NCBI GenBank assembly: GCA_943350875.1
Contig: CALRAL010000001.1
Span: 165,017 to 229,016, forward strand
Direction: 5' to 3'
DNA from: Candidatus Nomurabacteria bacterium
GTDB lineage: Bacteria; Patescibacteriota; Minisyncoccia; Phycocordibacterales; UBA9973
DNA: 64,000 nt
The position numbers and the translations under genes were made by a program. A model generated the notes under the pieces. That model was not told the DNA's origin. It ran no database searches and worked only from the letters and a program-made list of their open reading frames with translations. Positions 1-10,151 of this stretch are shown here, one piece after another (within the stretch, counting starts at the first letter, position 1; every line of letters begins with the position of its first letter).

Positions 1-1
1 C

Positions 2-91
2 GCTCTCAAAGACGGCACAGTCAAATTCGGCTCAAAACGCAAAACTTCTTTCAACAGCAAAACTGTTGTCAAAAAAGTTGTGAATGTTATC
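2..91 (+). CDS. 3' end of an unidentified plus-strand CDS running into the window (reads ...DGTVKFGSKRKTSFNSKTVVKKVVNVI*)
   Basis: Open frame from window edge to TAG at 89-91; no recognisable motif. Confidence 0.15.
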
Positions 92-98
92 TAGGAAA

Positions 99-560
99 TT
101 ATTCCCCTTCTACGATGAGTTTGAATGAAGATTTTTTGTTGTTCACTTTGACGGGGATTTCAAATTCTCCTGTTTCTTTGATTGGTTTTTCGAGCATTAT
201 AAAAGCTTCATTTATATCTGCATGATTTTGCTCTTTCATGGCGCTCACTATGTCTCTCGCATGGATTGCAGAGAAAAGGTGTCCTATGTCATTAGTTTTG
301 CCTTTTATGGTGATGATTTTATCTTTCAATTCTTCCAAATTCTTCATTAACAAATCTTCTTGCACTTCCCTTTCAACCAATATTTCTTTCTTCCTTAATT
401 CTAATTCCGCTATGGCTTTTGGGGTGGCCATTACTGCCAATTTATTAGGCAAAAGGAAATTCATGGCGTATCCGTCATTTACATCTTTTATATCATGTCT
501 TTTACCCACCCTCGGCACATCTTTTAAAAAAATTACTTTCATGATTGATTTTATTTCCAA
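99..560 (-). CDS. rplI: 50S ribosomal protein L9
   Basis: N-term MKVIFLKDVPRVGKRHDIKDVNDGYAMNFLLPNKLA matches the L9 N-domain consensus; length 153 aa. Confidence 0.85.
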   Translation of the reverse strand: MEIKSIMKVIFLKDVPRVGKRHDIKDVNDGYAMNFLLPNKLAVMATPKAIAELELRKKEILVEREVQEDLLMKNLEELKDKIITIKGKTNDIGHLFSAIHARDIVSAMKEQNHADINEAFIMLEKPIKETGEFEIPVKVNNKKSSFKLIVEGE

Positions 561-1804
561 TTATTTAATAATTCTACTGCTTTATCCATTTGTGGATCCT
601 CGCCTGCATCGCTATGCGAAGCATTACGGGCAGGTTTTTTATTCTCTACTTTATAATCCGGAGTGAGCCCTTTTTCAGATATTGACGTGCCGTTTGGGGT
701 GAGCCACTTTGCCACAGTTATTTTCAATATAGTATCTGGTGTGACATCTACCACTTCTTGTACTGAACCTTTACCATAGCTCTGTGTTCCCACGAGTTTT
801 GCTTTTTTATGGTCTTGCATTGCTCCTGCCAATATTTCTGAAGCAGAAGCAGAGCCTCCATCTATGAGTATGGCAAATTTTAATTTATCTGTGAATACAT
901 CATAGCCTAGACTTCGGTGTATTTTAGGCTTGGCATTGGTCCCATAGTCTTCTGTCACGACTGTCTTACCACTCTGTAAAAACCAGCTCGCCATACTGAC
1001 TGCGGCATCTAAGTATCCTCCAGGATTACCTCTCAAATCAAGCAACAATTTATCTGTTTTTGCATCGGCGAATTCCTTGACTGCTTTTTGGAAAAGTCTC
1101 GCAGAGTCGGCAGAAAAGCTGTAAAGTCTTATTATAAAAATTCCATCTTTACGTAATTCAGTATCGAGTGTAGGTACATTGATAGTATCACGGACTATTT
1201 TTATTTCTCTCGGCTCTTTATCACCTTCACGATATATAGTAAGCGTGACAGCAGTGTCTTTATCGCCTCGTATTAGTTTTATAGCTTTTTCTATACTCAA
1301 GTCAGCTGTACTTGTTTTATCTATTTTTAGAATTTTGTCACCTGGTTTTACTCCGGCTTTGTACCCAGGAGTATCTTTAAGTGGGGCTATGACAGTCAGA
1401 ACCTTGTCTTTTATACCCACTTCTACCCCTATGCCTCCAAATGATCCAGCTATGTCATCTTCGAAGAGTTTAGCTTCGTCTGGACTGAAAAATACGCTAT
1501 AAGGGTCATTTAAAGAGCCTACAAGCCCTGAAATAGCCCCATATACCCGTTTCTGGTCATTTATCTTGTTTGCGTTCGGAGACTTCTCGTTGATGGTATT
1601 CCAGACTTTCCAAAATGGAGCAAAGTCAGCTTTTGTTGTGACAGCTGTTTCTTTATTTTGTACATCTGCTTTATTTATTTCTGGAATTGATTTACTGTGA
1701 AAACCAATATAAATACCTAAAATAAAAAAACCAGCAACGAGCAGGATGAAGCTTGCAGTGCGTTTTGTTTTTAAAAATTCAAGCATTTTCTGAAAAATTA
1801 TCAA
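551..1804 (-). CDS. ctpA: Carboxy-terminal processing (S41) peptidase with PDZ domain; C-terminus carries an in-frame palindromic repeat insertion (PARNASHSDAG)
   Basis: PDZ-like GVKPGDKILKID, S41 catalytic region LILDLRGNPGG and GSASASEILAGAMQD; N-terminal TM anchor. Confidence 0.8.
   Translation of the reverse strand: MIIFQKMLEFLKTKRTASFILLVAGFFILGIYIGFHSKSIPEINKADVQNKETAVTTKADFAPFWKVWNTINEKSPNANKINDQKRVYGAISGLVGSLNDPYSVFFSPDEAKLFEDDIAGSFGGIGVEVGIKDKVLTVIAPLKDTPGYKAGVKPGDKILKIDKTSTADLSIEKAIKLIRGDKDTAVTLTIYREGDKEPREIKIVRDTINVPTLDTELRKDGIFIIRLYSFSADSARLFQKAVKEFADAKTDKLLLDLRGNPGGYLDAAVSMASWFLQSGKTVVTEDYGTNAKPKIHRSLGYDVFTDKLKFAILIDGGSASASEILAGAMQDHKKAKLVGTQSYGKGSVQEVVDVTPDTILKITVAKWLTPNGTSISEKGLTPDYKVENKKPARNASHSDAGEDPQMDKAVELLNNWK
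598..634. repeat. Family-1 GC-rich imperfect palindrome CCyCGCCTGCATCGCTATGCGAAGCATTrCGGGCAGG, copy 1, inside the ctp 3' end
   Basis: Near-identical copies at 30187, 33085 and 33948; GC-rich island in AT-rich DNA. Confidence 0.75.
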
Positions 1805-1982
1805 ACTTTTTTTCTTCCATTTTTTCTACTTCCTTTACTTCTCTTCTTAATGTAAAACTAAAATAAATCAGAGCCAAACCTGTGACAGTAAAAAATATAT
1901 TCTTAACATTATAAGGAAAACCTAAATAAGGCAAAACTGCTACCCAAATACCAAGTATCAAAAGTCTTTTTATTCTTATCAT
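1779..1982 (-). CDS. Small hydrophobic membrane protein, unknown function
   Basis: 67-aa ORF with two predicted TM segments in the operon between PBP and ctp. Confidence 0.3.
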   Translation of the reverse strand: MIRIKRLLILGIWVAVLPYLGFPYNVKNIFFTVTGLALIYFSFTLRREVKEVEKMEEKKFDNFSENA

Positions 1983-2028
1983 ATCTTTATATTATATCTC
2001 AACAAAACTACAAAATGCAAATGTATTT

Positions 2029-3744
2029 TTATTTGAAATAATCTGCAGAATTTATAGACATCCAGTCGAGTAATTGGCGTAATATGAATGAGGCCCCGAC
2101 ACCGTTCGTAGAGGGGCCGGCTTCCATCATTACAGTAAATGCATATTTAGGATTCTCATATGGGAAGAATCCAATTACCCAAGAGTTCACTTTGTTTTTA
2201 GCCACGCCGAGCTGAGCTGTACCAGTCTTGGCGGCGACATGTGTATAAGGCACATTGAGAGTTATGGCTGTTCCATTGGTCACTGCGAGACGCATACCCT
2301 TTTGCACTACATTGAAATATTCTTTTTTAAAATCAAGAGCTAAAGTTTTATTTTCCTTTTCTATATCTTCTAAAATAAAATGTGGAGTTAAAAGTTCCCC
2401 TGAGTTTGCGATAGAGGCGACCGCTCGAGCCATTTCAATCGGTGTCACTTGGAAGCCGTACTGCCCGATAGCTGTGTGATACGTGTCTCCAATACGCCAG
2501 ACGCCATCTTTGAAGTTCTTCACTTTCCATTCTGGACTAGGGATGGTGCCACCTTTTTCATCTGGCATGTCTATGCCTGTTTTTTGTCCAATACCAAAAA
2601 GTGATGCATATTTCCCAATATTATTTATGCCCAATCCTTTTTGCCCTTCATATCCCCCTCCTATTTCATAAAAATAAACGTCTGAAGATACAGCTATGGC
2701 TTCCATTATATTGGTCCAACCATTGGCTCGCCAGTCTTTGAAAACAGTTTTTTGATCTGGGAAATATGGATTCGGTATGGAGATAGAACCTGTTGAAAGT
2801 ATTTTCTTATATGGATCGATCACGCCTTCGGTCAATGCTCCCAATGCAAAGAATGGTTTGACAATGGACCCTGGAGTATAAAGTCCAGAGAGAGTCCTAT
2901 CCATGAAAACTTTTCTTTTGTCTTTGAAATAATTTTTTATTATATCATTTTCCTTTCCTTCTGAAAGTATTCCAGAATCATATTCTGGATAGCTTACAGA
3001 TGCTATCATCTCGCCATTCCTCACATCCATTATAACTCCGGCTCCACCGTTGAAAGAATTACTTTTTGATAAATTTCTTATTAAGTTAAATAATTCTTGC
3101 TGTATTTTTGCATCAATAGTAGTCACTAGGTCAATGCCTCTCTTGGGTGCATTTACCACATTTTCTGAATAAATTTTACCCTTGGCATCTACTTCCACTA
3201 TTTTTAAACCTTTCTCACCTTTTATTTTATCATCATATTGTTTTTCTAAACCATCTTTACCTATAAATTCAGTTTGCCAATAATTACCTGTCTTATCTTG
3301 AGCAGGATAGCTCACATATCCTAAAACATGTGAGAATCCAGGGTTTTTATAAACTCTCAATGGGAAGCCTAAATTATCATTCTCTGTTTCCACATTTTCC
3401 ACTTTTTTGTTCCAAGCCAGTTCGACTTTGTTTCTATCATATATGATTCCTCTATCCGCAAAAATTATATTTTTCTCTAAAGTATTATTTTCGCTACGTT
3501 TCAAATACATCTCTCCTTTTTGCATTTGCAAATATTCTAGACGTATCATAAACATAACGATGACACATATAAAAAAAAATCCGATAGTTAAAACATTCTT
3601 CTTAGGGATAGACTTTTCTATTCGTCCTTCGAATTGTTGCAGGTCAAAGTTCTGTAAATTTTTTGAATCCAGAAATATCTCGTCTGGTTCTACAAAAAAG
3701 TTTGATTTACTGACTTTTCTATTCGTTAATATCTTTCTAATCAT
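2029..3744 (-). CDS. mrdA: Class B penicillin-binding protein (peptidoglycan D,D-transpeptidase), probably the elongation-type PBP2
   Basis: N-terminal TM; transpeptidase motifs SIVKP (SxxK), SSD (SxN-like) and KTGTAQ (KTG); a second class-B PBP sits in the dcw cluster, so this one is assigned as PBP2 by context. Confidence 0.7.
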   Translation of the reverse strand: MIRKILTNRKVSKSNFFVEPDEIFLDSKNLQNFDLQQFEGRIEKSIPKKNVLTIGFFFICVIVMFMIRLEYLQMQKGEMYLKRSENNTLEKNIIFADRGIIYDRNKVELAWNKKVENVETENDNLGFPLRVYKNPGFSHVLGYVSYPAQDKTGNYWQTEFIGKDGLEKQYDDKIKGEKGLKIVEVDAKGKIYSENVVNAPKRGIDLVTTIDAKIQQELFNLIRNLSKSNSFNGGAGVIMDVRNGEMIASVSYPEYDSGILSEGKENDIIKNYFKDKRKVFMDRTLSGLYTPGSIVKPFFALGALTEGVIDPYKKILSTGSISIPNPYFPDQKTVFKDWRANGWTNIMEAIAVSSDVYFYEIGGGYEGQKGLGINNIGKYASLFGIGQKTGIDMPDEKGGTIPSPEWKVKNFKDGVWRIGDTYHTAIGQYGFQVTPIEMARAVASIANSGELLTPHFILEDIEKENKTLALDFKKEYFNVVQKGMRLAVTNGTAITLNVPYTHVAAKTGTAQLGVAKNKVNSWVIGFFPYENPKYAFTVMMEAGPSTNGVGASFILRQLLDWMSINSADYFK

Positions 3745-3746
3745 TT

Positions 3747-4031
3747 CTATATTTTATGATAAAATTTTATTTTCTTTTTTAATATTTCTATGATGCAAAG
3801 TATTATGATTGAACCAATCAAAGATATAAAAACTATATTATAAAGTCTTGTTTCTCTAACCCCATACAACAAATCTGAAAGAAAAAATAATGCTATGGCT
3901 TCAAAGAAAAAAGAGAAATAAATCATTCCCAATGAGCCTAGAATGACAGAAAGCCAAAATGGCATGAAAAGTATGGATATAAGTAAGACAACAGAATATA
4001 TTATCCTATATATTAAAATATTTTTTTCCAT
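3747..4031 (-). CDS. Small polytopic membrane protein, unknown (possibly a reduced MreD-like protein, by position only)
   Basis: 94 aa, three hydrophobic segments, immediately upstream of PBP2. Confidence 0.3.
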   Translation of the reverse strand: MEKNILIYRIIYSVVLLISILFMPFWLSVILGSLGMIYFSFFFEAIALFFLSDLLYGVRETRLYNIVFISLIGSIIILCIIEILKKKIKFYHKI

Positions 4032-4828
4032 ATATATTTAATTAAGAAAAACAAAATTAGGATAGATATAATATAGAATACTATTTTGGTGTTTAAGATA
4101 AAAGAAAATACAGATAAGAAAAATAATTCTATGTATTTGAATGGCTTCAAAAGCGTGCTACTCTTGTCTGTATTATTATTTAGCACACTTTTATTTTCCC
4201 CTAGTTTTTTTATATCCCCTTTAATTACTTCTTTTTTGTTTTCTGTTTCTTTAGCTGTATTTATTCTAAAATTTTCTACTGCATTTACACTTTCGTTTAT
4301 AGGCTTTTTTACTTCATCTGGTATTTTTTCTTCTACAAATTTATTTACACTATTTATTGGAGAAGAAAGAGTATTTATTATATTGCCTATGTCCGCCTTA
4401 GGGATTATTTTTTTAGCTACTGTTGTTTTATTTTTATCTGTCTCATTTTCAGCTAGGTAAACTTCTTCATACTTACTGGTTCCTATTAAAAATTTTGCAT
4501 TTTCTATTTTACCAAATATTGTATGATCGCCAGCATTTACAGTCCAATCAATAGATATATCTTTGGTGCCCTTTGGAGATGCAGAGAAATCTTTCTTACC
4601 CAAGAGTATTGTATTGTCGAAAAAAAATACTGTACCAGAGAGCTCCCTAGCATCTGGATTAAATACTAAAGTGTAGATTTTTATTTTATCTCCTTCCTCA
4701 AATGGGTCTTTGGAGTACCAAATATTTGCAGGGATAAATCCAGCATTTGAATTAGCGCCGTATATCTTACTTACAGGTAACAAAGAAAATAATAAAAATA
4801 AAATTAGGCTGATTTTTTTAAGAGTCAT
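4013..4828 (-). CDS. Hypothetical exported/membrane-anchored protein (signal peptide, C-terminal TM)
   Basis: Start placed at internal Met MTLKKISLILFLLFSLLPVSKIYGA (signal peptide); the ORF-track N-extension overlaps the upstream gene. Confidence 0.4.
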   Translation of the reverse strand: MTLKKISLILFLLFSLLPVSKIYGANSNAGFIPANIWYSKDPFEEGDKIKIYTLVFNPDARELSGTVFFFDNTILLGKKDFSASPKGTKDISIDWTVNAGDHTIFGKIENAKFLIGTSKYEEVYLAENETDKNKTTVAKKIIPKADIGNIINTLSSPINSVNKFVEEKIPDEVKKPINESVNAVENFRINTAKETENKKEVIKGDIKKLGENKSVLNNNTDKSSTLLKPFKYIELFFLSVFSFILNTKIVFYIISILILFFLIKYIWKKIF

Positions 4829-4851
4829 AAGAAAATTATAGCATAAAAATA

Positions 4852-5451
4852 TTAAATATTTGCGATTTTCTTTTTTAGATATTTTGTTAGGAAATAGATA
4901 AAAGTGACAGGGATGCATATCCCTAAAATAGCGAAAGTTAATTTAAATTTATCAGATACAGAATAATATGCTTCCCCAAAGAAATATCCTATGGTCAGCA
5001 TTATAGAAATAAGGATTATTTCCCCTGCCCCGTTTAATAATATGTATTTTTTTAGAGATATCTTTGTAGCCCCTGCTGTCATTAATGTGGCTATGGATAT
5101 GCCGAGTCCGATAGTGATTTTAGAAAAAAATAGTATTCTCTCATGATATTTCTGAAATAGTTTTTTTGATCTCTCAAATATTTCTGGAGTAAAATTTAAA
5201 ATGTGCCCGTGCTTTTTAAGTATTGGTTCTGCAAAATAATATCCTATATGGTACCAAACGATATCTGCAAAAAGGTCCCCTAAGGCTAGGGCCACAAATG
5301 TCGGAATTAAATCAAGGAATTTGGTGTGAATCAAAAATCCGCAAGTGATCATTAACACTGGCCCCTCTATGACTGCACCGATAAAAATGGCTATATATTT
5401 GAAGCCATACAGAAGTGAAATTAAAGATTGTATAAATGGGGTGAAATACAT
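4852..5451 (-). CDS. DedA/TVP38 (SNARE-associated) family membrane protein
   Basis: N-terminal IAIFIGAVIEGPVLMI motif typical of DedA; polytopic. Confidence 0.55.
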   Translation of the reverse strand: MYFTPFIQSLISLLYGFKYIAIFIGAVIEGPVLMITCGFLIHTKFLDLIPTFVALALGDLFADIVWYHIGYYFAEPILKKHGHILNFTPEIFERSKKLFQKYHERILFFSKITIGLGISIATLMTAGATKISLKKYILLNGAGEIILISIMLTIGYFFGEAYYSVSDKFKLTFAILGICIPVTFIYFLTKYLKKKIANI

Positions 5452-5536
5452 TAAATTGGAGTTGCTTTGTTTACAGAGCAGCTCTTCCTTTTTTTATATC
5501 ATGACTGTAGACCCTGACGACCGAAGGGAGGAAGGG

Positions 5537-5607
5537 CTGGGATACATGGATTCGAACCACGATTAAAGGCTTCAAAGGCCTCTGTCCTACCATTAGACGA
5601 TATCCCA
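5537..5607 (-). tRNA. tRNA-Gln (anticodon TTG)
   Basis: Manual fold: acceptor TGGGATA/TATCCCA, D-arm GTCT..GGAC, anticodon stem GAGGC/GCCTT with loop CTTTGAA, T-arm CGTGG-TTCGAAT-CCATG. Confidence 0.75.
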
Positions 5608-5610
5608 ATA

Positions 5611-6651
5611 TCATTTATCTTGCCTCATTATTTCAATAAGCGCAAGTTCGAGCGGAAGTTCTGATACAAAGGCTTTATCTATATTCTGGTATGCTTCGAG
5701 GAGTGTGGATAAGGCAGTCGAGCGTAATTTGCCCTCTTTATCATTCTTTACTGTACTTTTTATAAACTCCAAATCTGTCTCAGAAAGATCGCTGCCCATC
5801 TCATCTATTAGCTTTGGCGCATAACGGATTATGATAGCCACCCTTAATTTTTGAATTATGAGTTTTAAATATAATTTCATATCCAGATTCTCACTCGATG
5901 CTTTTTGTACAGTCATTATTCCCTCTTCCAGATTTTTATTTACAATGGAAGAAATAAAATCATTTACTAAAATGCTTTTTGGCGCGCCAGTTATTTTTTC
6001 TACATCCTCTTTTTTAATTTTCTTAGTTTTCGAGAAATTTAAAACTTTTTGCAATATCCCCTCTGCATCTCTGAAAGATCCATCACCCAACAATGCTATC
6101 AATTCTGCAGATCCGGAATCAAGTTCAAAGCCCTCGCTTTTTGCAATCTCTGTCACGCAATTTTTAAGAATTACATCTGAAGGTTTGTTGAAATTAAAAA
6201 CTTGGCAACGAGAGATGATAGTTTCTGGGACTTTATGAAATTCCGTGGTAGCTAAAATAAATATAACGTGTTTTGGGGGCTCTTCTAATGTTTTAAGTAG
6301 CGCCCCCCAAGCGTCCTTGGAAAGCATATGAACCTCGTCTATAATGTATATTTTGTATTTTGAATCAAACGGGAGGACTCTAGTGCCATCCCTTAGGGTC
6401 CTAATGTCGTCAATTCCGCGATTTGAGGCTGCATCTATCTCATATAGGTCATTTACTGATACGCCTATTTCGTTTGCAAATATGCGCGCTACAGACGTTT
6501 TGCCAGTGCCTCTAGAGCCCACAAAAAGGTATGCATGCGAGACTTTGTTCATTTTTATAGAACTTTCTAATATCTTTACTATATGGTCTTGCCCTAGAAC
6601 CTCGCCAAAAGTTTTAGGTCTGTATTTCCTGTATAATGCCAAATCTTGCAT
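5611..6651 (-). CDS. dnaX: DNA polymerase III subunit gamma/tau (short form)
   Basis: YRKYRPKTFGEVLGQ, Walker A GSRGTGKTS, Walker B IYIIDEVHML, sensor ISRCQ. Confidence 0.8.
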   Translation of the reverse strand: MQDLALYRKYRPKTFGEVLGQDHIVKILESSIKMNKVSHAYLFVGSRGTGKTSVARIFANEIGVSVNDLYEIDAASNRGIDDIRTLRDGTRVLPFDSKYKIYIIDEVHMLSKDAWGALLKTLEEPPKHVIFILATTEFHKVPETIISRCQVFNFNKPSDVILKNCVTEIAKSEGFELDSGSAELIALLGDGSFRDAEGILQKVLNFSKTKKIKKEDVEKITGAPKSILVNDFISSIVNKNLEEGIMTVQKASSENLDMKLYLKLIIQKLRVAIIIRYAPKLIDEMGSDLSETDLEFIKSTVKNDKEGKLRSTALSTLLEAYQNIDKAFVSELPLELALIEIMRQDK

Positions 6652-6677
6652 AAGTGTATTCTACCTTATTTAGAGAA

Positions 6678-6756
6678 GAATTTCAAAAATTTTAAGAGTC
6701 GTGGGTCCCCTGTCCTTGTGTCCCCGAGGGCGAAGGCTCAGAAATTTTTGAAATTC
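6678..6756. repeat. Family-2 MITE-like element: 13-bp TIRs GAATTTCAAAAAT/ATTTTTGAAATTC around a GC-rich core GTGGGTCCCCTGTCCTTGTGTCCCCGAGGGCGAAGGCTC; intergenic dnaX/dus and overlapping the dus stop
   Basis: About 95% identical copy at 48858-48927; related copies at 41129, 60368, 6978 and 37727. Confidence 0.75.
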
Positions 6757-7865
6757 TTCAGCAATAAAAAATCATTAGTTATTTTTTCCACCTCGCTGGC
6801 ATTTTCGGCTCCCATAAGTTTTTCTCGTAATTCTTTTGCACCATCAAAACCATTCACATATGCTTTGTAATGTTTTTTCATTATGGCAAACTTTTTGTAT
6901 TTCCCTAACATTTCTTCAAAAAGTTTTGTGTGCTCTACCATGACTTTTAGTTTTTGTTTAATATTTTGTTCGCTTCGTTCTCTTAAATTTTCTGTCCCTG
7001 CGCCCTTCTCAGAGTACTGAGTGGGACCCTCGGGCGCAGAAAATTCAAGAGAACTTCGCTTACTAAATAGCCATGGATTCCCGAAAATAGCTCTGCCCAA
7101 CATCACCCCATCACAACCATATTCTTCACACTTCCTCCTAGCGTCGTCAGTGTCTACGACATCACCATTGCCGATGATAAGTGTATTTTTATTTATTTCA
7201 TTTCGCATTTCAACTATTCTTGGCATCAAGTCCCAATGCGCAGGAACTTTGGACATCTCTTTACGAGTTCGCAGGTGTACCGTTAGCACAGAAATATTTT
7301 CTTCTAATAAAGTTTTTATCCACTCAACATCCAACAAATGATTATTTTTGCCTGCCCGTCCGAGGACTTTAGGCGAAGGCGGGTTAAAACCAATACGAGT
7401 TTTGACAGAGATCGGTAGACTTGGTGCACCTTCTTTTGCGGCACGAATTATTTCTCTTGCAAGTTTTGGATTCTTTATACAAGCTGCTCCTGCACCTTGT
7501 TTCTCTATGGATTTATCCGGACAACCCATATTTATATCTATTCCATCAAAACCAAGTTCTGCACAAAGAGCTGAAGCCAGCTTTATATTTCCTGGTCTTG
7601 AACCAAATATTTGAGCCACTATCGGATGCTCATTTTCTCCATATTTTAGGTCAATTAAGAGCTTTTCACGTGCTTTTGGGTGTGCAAGGCCATCAGCTGA
7701 CACAAATTCTGTCCAAAATACATCTGGCTTACCATATTTTGCTATTATTTGCCTAAATGCACAATCTGTCACATCTGCCATTGGAGCAAGTACAAAAATA
7801 GGCCTGTTTAATTTTTGCCAAAAGTTTTGCATATTACTTGAATTTGTAATATACCTTATTTCCAA
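6738..7865 (-). CDS. dus: tRNA-dihydrouridine synthase
   Basis: FVLAPMADVTDCAFRQI, catalytic NMGCP and HLRTR motifs; an in-frame MITE-like insertion sits in the C-terminal extension. Confidence 0.85.
   Translation of the reverse strand: MEIRYITNSSNMQNFWQKLNRPIFVLAPMADVTDCAFRQIIAKYGKPDVFWTEFVSADGLAHPKAREKLLIDLKYGENEHPIVAQIFGSRPGNIKLASALCAELGFDGIDINMGCPDKSIEKQGAGAACIKNPKLAREIIRAAKEGAPSLPISVKTRIGFNPPSPKVLGRAGKNNHLLDVEWIKTLLEENISVLTVHLRTRKEMSKVPAHWDLMPRIVEMRNEINKNTLIIGNGDVVDTDDARRKCEEYGCDGVMLGRAIFGNPWLFSKRSSLEFSAPEGPTQYSEKGAGTENLRERSEQNIKQKLKVMVEHTKLFEEMLGKYKKFAIMKKHYKAYVNGFDGAKELREKLMGAENASEVEKITNDFLLLKNFKNF
6978..7053. repeat. Family-2 variant element (TIR GTTCTCTTAAATTTTCTG/CAGAAAATTCAAGAGAAC, core GGGTCCCACTCAGTACTCTG) inserted in-frame in dus (encodes ...EFSAPEGPTQYSEKGAG...)
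   Basis: Core matches the element at 37727-37810 (27/32 nt); 18-bp TIR with one mismatch. Confidence 0.6.
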
Positions 7866-8718
7866 ATCTTAGATCAATATATAAAAGAGAAGAATATTTT
7901 TTCACAAATTCTGCTTGCAAAGGTTCTGTAGACAATATAGTGTCCAAGTTCTCTATTATTTTTTCTGGAATGAAATCTTTTTTGATAATAATCTTTGGTG
8001 AGTCCGCCAAAGATACATTTGATGACAAGTATATATTTATGTCTCCATCATCTCTATATGAAAAAGCAGTCGTTTTTGCTTTTGTTTGTTTTAACAGTTC
8101 TATAAGAGAGGAAATATTTCCAAAATTTTCTTTACTAAAATTATACCCTATTGGATTTTCTAAATTTTCTAATATTCCCCCAAAGAACTTAAAATATACA
8201 TTACCTGAGAAATATGGTGCATTATCAAAGATATATCCATTTTCATCTACAAAATAGCACTTATCTTCTTTAGATTTATCACTGTTTTCATATAGTGTCA
8301 CATCATCTCCACACCAGACATATTTTTTCTCTCTTTCAGTGACATTTATTTCTAAAGTGTCTGTATTTTTTACACTTACAGAAATAGCTTTAAATATTTT
8401 AAATTTGTTTACTAACTCATTTTTGATTTTACTTTTAGGATATAAAACAAAATTTGTCTTAGGGAATAACCACAGATAGTCCCCCTCTATACTCTTTTGA
8501 ACTATTTCTTTTATTTTATCTGTTTCTGTTATTTTATTACCAGAGATTTGTATGTCTATAATATTTATCTTTTGCCACCTCGATAAGAATATGAGGCCAA
8601 CAAATATGATTAAAAAGCAAGAAAAATAAAATAGAATCTTATTTTTCAAAACCGAAATCTTCCTCTTTTTAAGTTTTTGAACTGGCGCAGAATTTAAAAC
8701 AACTTTTTTTTTTATCAT
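7834..8718 (-). CDS. ftsQ: Cell-division protein FtsQ/DivIB-like (TM plus POTRA-like region)
   Basis: Cytoplasmic K-rich N-term, single TM, then a POTRA-like pattern INIIDIQISGNKITETDKIKEIV...; low similarity. Confidence 0.4.
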   Translation of the reverse strand: MIKKKVVLNSAPVQKLKKRKISVLKNKILFYFSCFLIIFVGLIFLSRWQKINIIDIQISGNKITETDKIKEIVQKSIEGDYLWLFPKTNFVLYPKSKIKNELVNKFKIFKAISVSVKNTDTLEINVTEREKKYVWCGDDVTLYENSDKSKEDKCYFVDENGYIFDNAPYFSGNVYFKFFGGILENLENPIGYNFSKENFGNISSLIELLKQTKAKTTAFSYRDDGDINIYLSSNVSLADSPKIIIKKDFIPEKIIENLDTILSTEPLQAEFVKKYSSLLYIDLRFGNKVYYKFK

Positions 8719-8738
8719 TTAATATAAGAATTAAATAA

Positions 8739-10004
8739 CTAAGAAATAAATTCTTTACCACCCATATATTTTCTCAAAACTTCAGGGATTTTTATGGTGC
8801 CGTCTGCTTGCTGGAAGTTTTCAACCATGGAAACCAATATTCGCGGAGTAGGTATCGCAGTGCAATTTAATGAATGAGCATAATTCATTTTCCCAGTTTC
8901 ATCTTTATAGCGTATATTAAAACGTCTAGTTTGAAAATCATGAAAATAAGAAGCTGAAGATATTTCTCTATATTTATTCTCTTTTGGCACCCAGAGTTCA
9001 ATGTCATACTTTTTTACTTGACCCAAACCTAAATCTCCTCCGCAGTTTATTACTGTGTGATATGGAATTTCCAAGGACTCTATAAACTCTTCAGTATTCC
9101 TATTTATTTCCTCGTGCATTTTTACAGAAATTTCATGATTGGCTTCACATAATACAACTTGTTCCATTTTATAAAATTCGTGAACACGAATAAGACCTTT
9201 TGTATCTTTACCGTGACTTCCCGCTTCCCGCCTAAAACAAGGTGAGAATCCCAAGTATTTTAATGGGAATAATTTTTTATCAATAATTTCTCCAGAATAA
9301 AAACCCATTATTGGCACTTCGGATGTTCCAGCTAAATATTCTCCATCTTGAGTTTTGTATAAATCTTCTTCCCCTTGAGGTATAAATCCAGTTCCCAAAA
9401 AAGACTCTTTGCGGTCTATGATTGGTGGGATTATCGGTGTAAATCCTTTATCTGTAAAAAAATCCATAGCATAATTCCATATAGCAAAACAAAGTTTAAC
9501 ACTTTCACCAGTCAAGAAATAACCGCGAAAACCATGCACTTTTATTCCACGTTCAAAATCAACCATTTTGTGCGAGTTCATTATTTCAATATGATCTTTG
9601 GGTTCAAAATTGAATTTTGTTTTCTCACCCCATGTTTTTATTTCTACATTATCTCCATCATCTTTACCTTCTGGTACAGATATATCAGGTATATTTGGTA
9701 TTTGGAGCATCATCTTTTGCCATTCCTCTACAATAGTTTTCAATTTTTCTTCTTTTGCTTTTATCTCTTCTTTTACAGTGCGCATTTCTTCTATTAGTTG
9801 TATTTTGAGTGCAGGATCTTGATCTCGCACAATGTCATTTGAAACCTTGTTTACTTCACTACGAAGGTCTTCTACTTCCTTCAATATTTTCAAACGTTCA
9901 TCATCGAGTTTTATCAATTTTTCAATATCGACTTCCACATGCTTTTTTTTAGCACCTGCTTCTACTATTTCTTTATTTTCTTTTATAAACTTAATATCTA
10001 GCAT
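8739..10004 (-). CDS. serS: Seryl-tRNA synthetase
   Basis: N-terminal coiled coil, class II motif 2 GFSPCFRREAGSHGKDTKGLIRVHEF, motif 3 region. Confidence 0.9.
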   Translation of the reverse strand: MLDIKFIKENKEIVEAGAKKKHVEVDIEKLIKLDDERLKILKEVEDLRSEVNKVSNDIVRDQDPALKIQLIEEMRTVKEEIKAKEEKLKTIVEEWQKMMLQIPNIPDISVPEGKDDGDNVEIKTWGEKTKFNFEPKDHIEIMNSHKMVDFERGIKVHGFRGYFLTGESVKLCFAIWNYAMDFFTDKGFTPIIPPIIDRKESFLGTGFIPQGEEDLYKTQDGEYLAGTSEVPIMGFYSGEIIDKKLFPLKYLGFSPCFRREAGSHGKDTKGLIRVHEFYKMEQVVLCEANHEISVKMHEEINRNTEEFIESLEIPYHTVINCGGDLGLGQVKKYDIELWVPKENKYREISSASYFHDFQTRRFNIRYKDETGKMNYAHSLNCTAIPTPRILVSMVENFQQADGTIKIPEVLRKYMGGKEFIS

Positions 10005-10151
10005 AATGTTTCTATTATATATTATTATTGGTATAATGAAAAGACGGGAATTACTTCTAAAAACCGCATATAATTTTCTGCTGAAAATTTATTATGCTCG
10101 GCTCGTCAGCCTGCGCAATGCTTTTTATAAGTAATTCCCGTCTTTTCATTC

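Noticed and set aside
238-666. Plus-strand ORFs antisense to rplI, ctp, PBP, dnaX, dus, atp genes and others (e.g. 238-666, 1179-1502, 2255-2479, 5858-6238, 7021-7756, 28223-28561, 31320-31685)
   Set aside because: All lie entirely within well-supported minus-strand genes and have biased composition. They are antisense shadow ORFs typical of AT-rich DNA. ORFs 11920-12135 and 12377-12559 (antisense to topA) are the same kind of artefact.
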